DNA of 28,529 bases from an uncultured Eubacteriales bacterium (lineage in GTDB: Bacteria; Bacillota; Clostridia; Oscillospirales; CAG-382), in the NCBI GenBank assembly GCA_900546385.1, contig URCT01000020.1, forward strand, positions 1 to 28,529. The letters are read 5' to 3'. Made by a program: the position numbers and the translations under genes. How positions within the stretch are numbered: the first letter of the stretch is position 1; the number at the start of each line of letters is the position of its first letter. This document shows, one piece after another, positions 1 through 7,616 of the stretch. Below the pieces are notes generated by a model. The model ran no database searches. It was not told the DNA's origin and worked only from the letters and a program-made list of their open reading frames with translations.

Positions 1-256
1 CAGAGGTTTGCGAACCTCTGGACTCCGGGGACGATTCAAATCTCCGCTCGATTCATAATTTTCGCAGAAGTGACCGGCGTTCATCATGTAACCGGCCGCG
101 CCGGGCATTGCAAGCTTTCCGGGTATCGCCGGTGAGGCTTTGAATCGGTGCGAAAGGGTTGCCGTAGTGCAAACGCAAGACCGATGTTTTTCGAAAAAGG
201 ATTGTTGTACTGCAAGCTCACAGTAGGTTTTCGCGGATGAAATTTGTAGCTGCACG
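1..256 (-). ncRNA. Candidate structured RNA-like element, copy A (unclassified; its 3' hairpin abuts the window edge)
   Basis: The reverse complement of 1-256 aligns with 435-692. Identical blocks are 15-42 = rc 632-659 (28 nt), 72-86 = rc 588-602, 110-132 = rc 542-564 and 139-153 = rc 521-535. It ends (minus strand) in an 8-bp hairpin at 1-20. An internal 9-bp long-range complement joins 32-40 and 139-147. The alignment contains indels and there is no RBS-led ORF. Confidence 0.4.
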
Positions 257-434
257 TTAGTTTTGATGCAGTGCGAAATTGAAATTTTAGTATGCTGAAA
301 AAGTTTTTCTTTATCGGATGGTTTTTCATAAACTGAAAAAACAGCCCTTTTCCACAAAACAAAAGCATTTCTTTTTCACAAACCTTTCTATATTGCTATC
401 CAAAGCAATCCTTTTCTGCCCTCCGCTTCCCATT

Positions 435-692
435 TCAACGCCCCTTAACCTACTGTTTGCAAAGAATGCAGCTGTTCTTTTTCTGTTCGCTCTAACTCCT
501 TGTGCTGTAAAGCCGGAACGTCGCACCGATTCAAATCATTGCCGGCGATACCCGGAAAGCTTGCGTTTTTCAGAGTAGCAGGTTACCTGATGAACGCCGG
601 TCGTTTTCGCAACAATCACGGTTCGACCGGCGATTTGAATCGTCCCCGGAGTCCAGAGGCTCGCAAGCCTCTGGTGTACTTTTGGTTCTTTT
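435..692 (+). ncRNA. Candidate structured RNA-like element, copy B (unclassified), ending in an intrinsic terminator
   Basis: Homologous to copy A on the opposite strand, so the two are 5' end to 5' end, separated by an AT-rich ~180-bp spacer. Shared 5' motif AACCTACTGT (448-457 here). Conserved blocks: TCGCACCGATTCAAA (521-535), CCGGCGATACCCGGAAAGCTTGC (542-564), TGATGAACGCCGGTC (588-602) and GATTTGAATCGTCCCCGGAGTCCAGAGG (632-659). An 11-bp long-range pairing joins 527-537 and 632-642. A terminator hairpin plus T-rich tail lies at the 3' end. Confidence 0.4.
653..692 (+). terminator. Rho-independent terminator-like hairpin of element copy B
   Basis: 9-bp stem CCAGAGGCT/AGCCTCTGG (653-661/666-674) with loop CGCA, followed by TGTACTTTTGGTTCTTTT. 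Confidence 0.55.
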
Positions 693-710
693 CGTACAAG
701 CGAAAAGAAT

Positions 711-873
711 AAAACCGTTCCTTTTGCCGGAAACTTCGAGGTTCTGCAAACCTCGAATCAGCACACCGTAGCCGCAGCTTCGCACCGCAACAATTAAAAC
801 CTTTCAAGGGAGTTTCGAGGTTCTGCAAACCTCGAAACAGCGCACACAAACAACAAATTCGCACAATCCAATT
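711..873. repeat. Two tandem ~80-bp units, each carrying an identical GAGGTT...AACCTC hairpin
   Basis: Unit 1 is 711-795 and unit 2 is 796-873. Both start AAAACC and end CAATT. The core TTCGAGGTTCTGCAAACCTCGAA is identical (735-757 and 814-836; 9-10 bp stems, loop CTGCA). The flanks are about 70% similar by eye and share TTCGCAC. A third unit start (AAATCCTTTTGCCGC) follows at 874. Confidence 0.6.
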
Positions 874-883
874 AAATCCTTTT

Positions 884-993
884 GCCGCTTCGCGGCTTCT
901 TCCAGGCGGCTTCGCCGCCTTTGAAGCTTTCCTTTCGGAAAGCTTGCCCCATTCGGGGCTGCACGCCCTGCGTGCTTTTCCGCCTTACGGCGG
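884..993 (+). other. Six consecutive short GC-rich stem-loops in the leader upstream of the DUF512-der genes
   Basis: Perfect stems at 884-896 (4 bp), 904-920 (7 bp), 924-945 (9 bp, loop TTTC), 946-959 (5 bp, loop ATTC), 961-975 (5 bp, followed by TTTT) and 980-993 (5 bp, loop TTAC). They are separated by 0-7 nt. Confidence 0.5.
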
Positions 994-1045
994 CCGTTTC
1001 CCGGTGGCAAAGCCGCCAAAAATCACACAAAGGAGCTACGTCCAG

Positions 1046-2365
1046 ATGGTCGAGATTACCGGAATCGAAAAGAATTCTCCTGCCGCCAAAGCACATATCG
1101 TCGCCGGCGATATCCTCGTATCCATCAACGGCAATCCCATCACCGACGTCTTGGATTATCGCTTCTATATCACCGAAAAAAAGCTCGATATCACCCTTGA
1201 CCGCCGCGGCGAAACAGTGTCCGTCACCATAAAAAAACCGCAGTACGACGATATCGGTCTCGAATTTGCAACCTACCTCATGGATAAAAAGCATTCCTGC
1301 AAAAACAAATGCGTCTTCTGCTTTATCGACCAAAATCCCAAAGGAATGCGTGAGGACATCTATTTTAAGGACGACGACAGCCGCTTATCCTTCTTTTTCG
1401 GCAACTATATTACACTCACCAACCTTACGGACGCCGATATCGACCGCGTCATCAAAATGCGCATCTCCCCCATCAATATTTCGGTGCATACCACCAATCC
1501 CGAACTGCGCGTCAAAATGATGAAAAACAAGAACGCCGGCACTTCCCTTCGCTTTCTCGACAGGCTGCGCGACGGCGATATCGCCATGAACGCACAGATC
1601 GTTCTCTGTAAGGACTTAAACGACGGCGCTGAGCTTGACCGCACACTAAATGACCTTTCGGCCTATTATCCGCATATCGAAAGCATCGCCGTTGTGCCCT
1701 CCGGGCTTACCAAGCACCGCGAAGGCCTATATCCGCTCGAACCGTTTAACAAAGAGGACGCGCGCAAGGTCATCGAACAGATCGACCGCAAGCGCGCCGA
1801 AAACGAAAAGGTGTACGGTGAACGGATCATCCAAGCGGCCGATGAATGGTATCTCAAAGCCGAGCTGCCGCTTCCGGATGAATCGTATTACGACGGCTAT
1901 CCGCAGTTAGACAACGGCGTCGGCTGCATCACCAACCAAAAAGACGAGATTTCCGCAGAAATTGAAGCTTTGACGGAGGACGGCTTTTCGCTGGACACGC
2001 CGCGCGAGGTTTCGGTGGTAACGGGCATGGCGGCTTACGATTTTATCCGAAGCGCCGCCAAAAATTTAGAAAAACACTTTCCCGGCCTTACCGTTCATGT
2101 TTACGGCGTGGTCAACCGCTTTTTCGGCGAAAGCATCACCGTTTCGGGACTGTTAACCGGCGGCGATATGTACGAATATCTGAAGGGCAAGCCGCTCGGG
2201 CAGACCGTGTTCATCCCGTCTGTCACACTGCGTCATGAAGGCGATTTGTTCTTAGACAACATGAGCCTTGACGAATTTACCGAAAAGCTCGGCGTGCCGG
2301 TCGAGCCGGTTACCAACGACGGTGCGGAATTTGCGGATAAACTCACCGGCGCATACGAACAATAA
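1046..2365 (+). CDS. DUF512 domain protein (PDZ-like N-terminus plus radical-SAM-like core)
   Basis: ATG at 1046 lies 10 nt after AAGGAG (1030-1035). PDZ-like GDILVSINGNPI and the Cys cluster SCKNKCVFCF are present. The protein length, and its position directly upstream of der, match what I recall for Clostridia. The longer ORF from 944 has no RBS. Confidence 0.8.
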   Translation: MVEITGIEKNSPAAKAHIVAGDILVSINGNPITDVLDYRFYITEKKLDITLDRRGETVSVTIKKPQYDDIGLEFATYLMDKKHSCKNKCVFCFIDQNPKGMREDIYFKDDDSRLSFFFGNYITLTNLTDADIDRVIKMRISPINISVHTTNPELRVKMMKNKNAGTSLRFLDRLRDGDIAMNAQIVLCKDLNDGAELDRTLNDLSAYYPHIESIAVVPSGLTKHREGLYPLEPFNKEDARKVIEQIDRKRAENEKVYGERIIQAADEWYLKAELPLPDESYYDGYPQLDNGVGCITNQKDEISAEIEALTEDGFSLDTPREVSVVTGMAAYDFIRSAAKNLEKHFPGLTVHVYGVVNRFFGESITVSGLLTGGDMYEYLKGKPLGQTVFIPSVTLRHEGDLFLDNMSLDEFTEKLGVPVEPVTNDGAEFADKLTGAYEQ

Positions 2366-2411
2366 ATCAAATACGTTTTTACTTCAAGCATCCCGTAAAG
2401 GAGGAATTCCT

Positions 2412-3740
2412 ATGGCAAAACCGGTTGTAGCAATTGTCGGCCGTCCGAATGTCGGCAAAAGCACCTTTTTCAACAAAGTGGTCGGCAAGCGTATCGCCAT
2501 TGTCGAGGACACGCCGGGCGTCACGCGCGACCGACTGTATTTCGAGGTCGAATGGTGCGGCCGAAAAATGATGATGATCGATACCGGCGGTATCGAACCC
2601 GACACCAACGACGCCATGATGACTCATATCAAAACCCAAGCCGAGCTTGCCATCGAACACGCCGACGTGATTTTGTTTTTGACCGACATCCGTGCCGGCG
2701 TCACGGCGGATGACCGTGAGATCGCGTCGATGCTGCGCAAAAGCGGAAAGCCGGTTGTGCTTTGTGTCAACAAGGTAGACTCGGTCGGTGCACCGCCGCC
2801 CGAGATTTACGAATTCTATGAATTGGGACTCGACGAGCCGTATGCCGTCAGCTCGGTACACGGCACCGGAACGGGCGATATTCTCGAAAAGGTCTGTGAG
2901 CTGCTGCCGGAGGAGGTCGAACCTGAAGAGGACGACGACACCGTAAAGGTCGCGCTCATCGGCCGTCCGAACGCCGGAAAAAGCTCGCTTGTCAACCGGA
3001 TTATCGGTTCGGAACGCATGATCGTTTCGGAGGTTGCCGGAACGACGCGCGACGCGATCGACTCCACCTTTGAAAATGAATACGGCAAATATGTCTTTAT
3101 CGACACCGCCGGTATCCGCAAAACCGGAAAAATCGGCGACAGCATCGAAAAATACAGCATTTTGCGTGCCGAAATGGCCGTTGACCGCAGTGACGTGTGC
3201 CTCATCCTCATCGACGCCACCGAGGGTGTGACCGCCCAGGATGAACGCGTCGCCGGTATTGCGCACGAAAGCGGAAAAGCCTGCATCATTGTCATCAATA
3301 AGTGGGATTTGATTGAAAAAGACACCAAGACCATGGACGAGTTCCGCAAGGATGTGTACACGGCACTGTCGTATATGACCTATGCGCCGATTGTGTTCAT
3401 TTCCGCCAAGACCGGACAGCGCGTCAACCGCCTGTTCGAGCTTATCAACTATGTCAACGACCAAGCCGCCATGCGCATTTCAACGGGTATGCTCAACGAC
3501 GTTCTCGGCGACGCCACCACGCGCGTTCAACCGCCGACCGATAAGGGAAAACGCTTGAAGATCTACTACATGACCCAGACCGGCATCAAAGCGCCGACCT
3601 TTGTCATTTTTTGCAACGACGCGGAGCTGTTCCATTTTTCGTATCAGCGTTATATTGAAAACAAGCTGCGCGAAACCTTTGGCTTTGAGGGAACGCCGAT
3701 TAAACTTGTCATCCGCGAAAAGGGCGAATCGCAGGCATAG
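2412..3740 (+). CDS. der: Ribosome-biogenesis GTPase Der (EngA)
   Basis: Two tandem GTPase domains: GRPNVGKST...DTGG...NKVD and GRPNAGKSS...DTAG...NKWD, plus a KH-like C-terminus. AAAGGAGG sits upstream of the ATG at 2412. Confidence 0.95.
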   Translation: MAKPVVAIVGRPNVGKSTFFNKVVGKRIAIVEDTPGVTRDRLYFEVEWCGRKMMMIDTGGIEPDTNDAMMTHIKTQAELAIEHADVILFLTDIRAGVTADDREIASMLRKSGKPVVLCVNKVDSVGAPPPEIYEFYELGLDEPYAVSSVHGTGTGDILEKVCELLPEEVEPEEDDDTVKVALIGRPNAGKSSLVNRIIGSERMIVSEVAGTTRDAIDSTFENEYGKYVFIDTAGIRKTGKIGDSIEKYSILRAEMAVDRSDVCLILIDATEGVTAQDERVAGIAHESGKACIIVINKWDLIEKDTKTMDEFRKDVYTALSYMTYAPIVFISAKTGQRVNRLFELINYVNDQAAMRISTGMLNDVLGDATTRVQPPTDKGKRLKIYYMTQTGIKAPTFVIFCNDAELFHFSYQRYIENKLRETFGFEGTPIKLVIREKGESQA

Positions 3741-3775
3741 CCGCCCGGTTTTACACAGAATATACACGCCTTTGC

Positions 3776-3817
3776 CGCGCCGGAATGCCGATTCCGACGC
3801 GGTTTTTGTCGTTTTTT
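3776..3817 (+). terminator. Intrinsic terminator after der
   Basis: An 11-position stem at 3776-3786/3791-3801 has one C-A mismatch and loop GCCG. It is followed by GTTTTTGTCGTTTTTT. Confidence 0.7.
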
Positions 3818-3862
3818 GCCGCTTGCTTTGTAAAATCCGCCGCATTTTCTTTTTATCATGAT

Positions 3863-3891
3863 TTAACAGCACCGTGCTTTGGTTTTTTACA
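3863..3891 (+). promoter_or_regulatory. Possible PhoP-type Pho-box hexamers upstream of pstS
   Basis: TTAACA (3863-3868) and TTTACA (3886-3891) match the Bacillus-type TT(A/T/C)ACA hexamer. They are 23 bp apart, about two helical turns, and the hexamer between them is degenerate. Confidence 0.2.
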
Positions 3892-3956
3892 AACCTGCCG
3901 TATTCTGTAACCGTACCAAGGAAAAAACAAAAAATCAAACTGAAGGAGTTTTGATC

Positions 3957-4793
3957 ATGAAAAAGAGAATTTTAACCGTACTCGCTGCCGCTGCACTCAC
4001 AGCAGCCACTCTTGTTTCCTGCGGAAAGCAGAACAACACCATCACCGTTGTCAGCCGTGAAGACGGTTCCGGCACACGCGGCGCCTTCACCGAGCTGATG
4101 GGTATCGACAAGGACGGCACCGACAGAACCTATGCCAAAGCCGAGATTTCCAACAGCACCTCGGTCGTCATTTCCACGGTCGCCGGCAACAAAAACGCCA
4201 TCGGCTACATTTCGCTCGGTTCGTTAAATGATTCGGTCAAGGCCGTAAAGGTGGACAATGTGGAAGCCACAGTGGTCAACGTCAAGAACGGTTCGTATAA
4301 AATCTCCCGTCCGTTTATCATCGCCACCAAGGACGAGATAAGCGACCTTGCCGCCGACTTCATCAAATTCATCCTCAGCGACGACGGACAGGCCATTGTT
4401 TCCGAAAAATACATCACCATCGGCGGAAATGGCGCATATACGGCTTCCGGCCTTTCGGGCAAGGTAACGCTTGCCGGTTCGACCTCGGTTTCGCCGCTCA
4501 TGGATGAGCTTGCCGCCGCCTACAAAGCACTCAATCCCGATGTGACCATCGAAATCCAACAGAGCGGTTCAGGTGCCGGTATCCAGAGCGCCATCGAGGG
4601 CGTGTGCGATATCGGTATGTCCTCGCGTGAACTCAAGGACAGCGAAAAAGAAGCCGGTCTGACCCCGACTGTCATGGCTCTCGACGGAATCGCCGTCATT
4701 GTCAACAAAGATAACAGCGTTGATGCTTTAAGCTCCGAACAGATTCAGAGCATCTACGTCGGCGAAACCACCTCTTGGGCTGACGTGAAATAA
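3957..4793 (+). CDS. pstS: Phosphate ABC transporter substrate-binding lipoprotein PstS (apparently circularly permuted)
   Basis: Signal peptide with lipobox LVSCG. Family motifs SREDGSGTRGAF, AIGYISLG, GSTSVSPL, QQSGSGAGI and GMSSRELK are present. GAAGGAG sits upstream of the ATG at 3957, and pstCAB follow. Confidence 0.9.
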   Translation: MKKRILTVLAAAALTAATLVSCGKQNNTITVVSREDGSGTRGAFTELMGIDKDGTDRTYAKAEISNSTSVVISTVAGNKNAIGYISLGSLNDSVKAVKVDNVEATVVNVKNGSYKISRPFIIATKDEISDLAADFIKFILSDDGQAIVSEKYITIGGNGAYTASGLSGKVTLAGSTSVSPLMDELAAAYKALNPDVTIEIQQSGSGAGIQSAIEGVCDIGMSSRELKDSEKEAGLTPTVMALDGIAVIVNKDNSVDALSSEQIQSIYVGETTSWADVK

Positions 4794-4807
4794 AAACGGT
4801 GAGTGCC

Positions 4808-5713
4808 ATGAAACACCTTCCGGAAGCCGTCCCGGCCAAGAGCAAGGATCCGACCGAAAACCGCTTTTTCCGCTTCAAGGAAAGTGCCATGAAATGCCTG
4901 TTTTTCCTTTCGGCTCTTACATCGATCGCCGCCGTGCTTGCCATCTGTGCGTTTCTCTTTGCCGGAGGCGTTCCGGCCATGCGTGAAATCGGTTTTGTGC
5001 AGTTCTTAAGCGGCCGCGTTTGGAAGCCGACCGAAGGGATCTACGGGATTTTCCCGATGATCATCGGCAGTCTTTATGTGACAGCCGGAGCCGCACTCAT
5101 CGGTGTGCCGATTGCCGTGTTCTGCGCCGCGTATCTTGCCTGCTTCTGTCCGCCGAAGCTTTATAAAATCCTCAAGCCCATGACCGAGCTGCTTGCCGGA
5201 ATCCCGTCGATCGTCTACGGCTTTTTCGGACTCACCGTGCTTGTGCCGCTCATGCAGACACTCACCGGCACAAGCGGCAAGGGCATGGTCACAGCCTCGA
5301 TCCTTCTTGGTATTATGATTCTGCCGACCGTCATCGGCGTTGCGGAAAGTGCGCTTCGCGCCGTACCGAACGCTTATGAAGAAGGCGCACGCGCGCTTGG
5401 CGCGACCAAAGAGCAAAGCGTGTTCTTTGTGCGGCTTCCGGCGGCCAAAAGCGGCGTGTTTTCCGGTGTGATTCTCGGTATCGGACGCGCTATCGGCGAA
5501 ACCATGGCCGTAGTCATGATTGCCGGAAATCAAGCGGTTTTGCCCGAAAATCTCACCGACGGCGTGCGCACGCTCACAGCCAACATTGTGCTTGAAATGG
5601 CCTATGCCGATTTCGGCCTGCACCGCGGTGCGCTGATTGCCACTGCCGTGGTGTTATTCGTCTTTATCCTTTTCATCAACCTATCCTTTTCCCTTATGCG
5701 GAAAAAATCCTAA
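4808..5713 (+). CDS. pstC: Phosphate ABC transporter permease PstC
   Basis: Multi-TM protein with the permease EAA-type loop YEEGARALGATKEQSVFFVRLPAAKSG. The start is ambiguous: ATG 4808 is preceded by GGTGAG, while GTG 4799 is the alternative. Confidence 0.9.
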   Translation: MKHLPEAVPAKSKDPTENRFFRFKESAMKCLFFLSALTSIAAVLAICAFLFAGGVPAMREIGFVQFLSGRVWKPTEGIYGIFPMIIGSLYVTAGAALIGVPIAVFCAAYLACFCPPKLYKILKPMTELLAGIPSIVYGFFGLTVLVPLMQTLTGTSGKGMVTASILLGIMILPTVIGVAESALRAVPNAYEEGARALGATKEQSVFFVRLPAAKSGVFSGVILGIGRAIGETMAVVMIAGNQAVLPENLTDGVRTLTANIVLEMAYADFGLHRGALIATAVVLFVFILFINLSFSLMRKKS

Positions 5714-5730
5714 GCAAACGGGGTTATACC

Positions 5731-6651
5731 ATGAATTTAACGCTTTCCAAATCCTCTTTTTCCGGAAGAAGCCACGCCGAACGTGTTGCCAAAGCCAAAG
5801 AAAGACTGCATTCCGACACGCCGCGCATGGCATCCACCCGGCTGCTTCGCGGCCTTACCGGGCTTTCGGTTTTCGCGGCGGTCTTCACGCTCATCTTTCT
5901 GATCGGCTACATTGTCGTCAAAGGTGTTCCGAATCTGCGCCCGTCGGTGTTCGCCCTTGAATACACGCCGGAAAACGTCTCCATGCTGCCGTCAATCATC
6001 AGCACGTTACTCATGACGCTTTTCACGCTTGCGTTGTCCGTGCCGGTCGGCATTTTTGCAGCCGTCTATTTGACCGAATATGCCGCAAGAGGCTCGAAAG
6101 CGGTAAAAGTCATCCGTCTTGCCACCGAAACGCTTTCGGGCATTCCGTCGATTGTTTACGGGTTGTTCGGCTATTTATGCTTTGTCATTGCGTTCCGTTG
6201 GGAATACTCGTTTCTCGCCGGTGCGTGTACGCTTGCCATCATGATTCTGCCGCTCATCGTACGTACCGGTGAAGAAGCCTTGCTTGCCGTGCCGGACAGC
6301 TACCGAGAGGCCTCCTTCGGACTCGGCGCCGGAAAGCTGCGCACCATCTTCCGCGTGGTTCTGCCCAATGCCGCAAGCGGCATTTTGGCCGGCGTGATTC
6401 TGTCGGTCGGCCGCATTGTCGGTGAAAGCGCGGCACTCATCTTTACCGCAGGCACCGTGCCGCAGGTGCCGAAAGGTCTGTTTTCCTCCGCACGCACGCT
6501 GTCGGTGCACTTATATGCCCTCATTTCCGAAGGCTTGTATACGAACCAAGCGTATGCGACGGCGTTTGTCCTTTTGGTGATGGTGGTTTTCATCAATGCT
6601 CTGTCTTATGCGGCGGCAAAAGGGCTTACCAAAACCAACGTGTCTCAATAA
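5731..6651 (+). CDS. pstA: Phosphate ABC transporter permease PstA
   Basis: Multi-TM protein with the loop YREASFGLGAGKLRTIFRVVLPNAASG. It lies between pstC and pstB. Confidence 0.9.
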   Translation: MNLTLSKSSFSGRSHAERVAKAKERLHSDTPRMASTRLLRGLTGLSVFAAVFTLIFLIGYIVVKGVPNLRPSVFALEYTPENVSMLPSIISTLLMTLFTLALSVPVGIFAAVYLTEYAARGSKAVKVIRLATETLSGIPSIVYGLFGYLCFVIAFRWEYSFLAGACTLAIMILPLIVRTGEEALLAVPDSYREASFGLGAGKLRTIFRVVLPNAASGILAGVILSVGRIVGESAALIFTAGTVPQVPKGLFSSARTLSVHLYALISEGLYTNQAYATAFVLLVMVVFINALSYAAAKGLTKTNVSQ

Positions 6652-6669
6652 CCGAAAGGCGGTGTTTCT

Positions 6670-7440
6670 ATGTCGGAAAACTCCGAATCCAAAGCCAAAA
6701 TCGAAGTGCAGCACTTAAATCTGTTTTACGGCTCGTTTCAAGCCTTAAAGGACGTGTCGCTTTCCATGGAGGATAAACAGGTCACGGCCTTTATCGGCCC
6801 ATCCGGCTGCGGCAAATCAACGCTTTTGAAAACCATCAACCGCATGAACGACCTCGTCGAGAACTGCCGCATTGACGGAAAGGTTCTCTTGGACGGCAAA
6901 GACGTGTATGCCGACATCAATGTCAACACGCTGCGCAAGCGCGTCGGCATGGTGTTCCAAAAGCCGAATCCTTTTCCCATGAGCATCTACGACAACATTG
7001 CCTATGGTCCGCGCACACACGGCGTTAAAGCCAAAAGCGTGCTTGACGAAATCGTGGAAAAGGCTCTTGTCGATGCCGCTCTCTGGAACGAAGTCAAGGA
7101 TCGCTTAAAAAAGGACGCCACCGGCCTTTCCGGCGGCCAACAGCAGCGGCTTTGCATTGCCCGTGCGCTTGCCGTTGAGCCGGAGGTGCTTCTCATGGAT
7201 GAGCCGACCTCGGCACTTGACCCGATCTCCACGGCAAAAATCGAAGAGCTGACGCTGGAACTCAAGAAGAACTACACCATCATCATTGTTACGCACAATA
7301 TGCAGCAAGCCAAACGCATTTCAGATAAAACCGCCTTTTTCTTGCTCGGCGAAATGGTGGAATTTGATACAACCGATACAATTTTCACCGCACCGCATGA
7401 CACGCGTACCGCCGATTATGTTTGCGGCCGCTTCGGTTAA
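6670..7440 (+). CDS. pstB: Phosphate ABC transporter ATP-binding protein PstB
   Basis: Walker [10 protein letters not shown], signature LSGGQQQR, Walker [12 protein letters not shown] and H-loop VTHNM. The C-terminus YVCGRFG is typical of PstB. Confidence 0.95.
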   Translation: MSENSESKAKIEVQHLNLFYGSFQALKDVSLSMEDKQVTAFIGPSGCGKSTLLKTINRMNDLVENCRIDGKVLLDGKDVYADINVNTLRKRVGMVFQKPNPFPMSIYDNIAYGPRTHGVKAKSVLDEIVEKALVDAALWNEVKDRLKKDATGLSGGQQQRLCIARALAVEPEVLLMDEPTSALDPISTAKIEELTLELKKNYTIIIVTHNMQQAKRISDKTAFFLLGEMVEFDTTDTIFTAPHDTRTADYVCGRFG

Positions 7441-7587
7441 GCCGAAAAAACGACCGTTTTCGCACCTTTGTTTTCCTCCAATTTCCTATTTTTCTTTTCC
7501 CTCGGACGATTCTTTCAAAAAAAGGATCGTTTTTTTGTTTTTCTGCCTGAAATTTCTGCGAAAATTTCCGGAAAATCCCGATTTTAT

Positions 7588-7616
7588 TTGACTTTTTCGG
7601 CACGTTGTGGTATAAT
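7588..7616 (+). promoter_or_regulatory. Sigma-A-type promoter for murI
   Basis: TTGACT (7588-7593), a 17-nt spacer, then TATAAT (7611-7616), with an extended -10 TG at 7608-7609. Confidence 0.65.

Noticed and set aside
465-494. 9-codon leader peptide MQLFFFCSL in copy B as a Phe-attenuation leader
   Set aside because: It has no RBS, and neither the ATG nor the frame is present in copy A.
585-612. CTGATGA in element copy B as a hammerhead ribozyme core
   Set aside because: Copy A has ATGATGA at the same place. No stem II followed by a GAAA element, and no cleavage-site context, could be assembled.
615-655. tRNA/tmRNA-like 3' end (GGTTCGA ... GGAGTCCA)
   Set aside because: The GGTTCGA T-loop-like string is not conserved in copy A. 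No acceptor or anticodon arms can be drawn, and the CCA is part of the terminator stem.
653-837. CRISPR-array interpretation of the GAGGTT/AACCTC palindromes spaced ~80 bp apart
   Set aside because: Only two repeats are identical and the third is diverged. The intervening 'spacers' are themselves homologous to each other (tandem duplication). No cas genes are present.
84-864. ORF-track entries inside the first kilobase (84-368 minus, 318-578 plus, 326-526 minus, 500-712 plus, 570-785 minus, 616-864 minus) considered as small protein genes
   Set aside because: None has a Shine-Dalgarno-led start. They run through hairpins and terminators. The two homologous element copies differ by indels and frame-breaking changes, so the conserved blocks are not maintained as a reading frame.
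2379-3464. 361-aa ORF antisense to der, and similar long antisense ORFs (5006-5623, 7660-8256, 10059-10556, 12547-12996, 18636-19355, 19983-20525, 26874-27434)
   Set aside because: Each lies entirely opposite a confidently identified gene with strong family motifs. Their translations are low-complexity and Arg/Gly/Ala-rich, typical of shadow ORFs in GC-rich coding DNA, and they have no RBS.
7441-7480. Terminator after pstB (CGAAAA...TTTTCG and TTCGG...CCGAA hairpins)
   Set aside because: The stems are 5-6 bp and A/T-rich, without a clean U-tract, so they are too weak to call.
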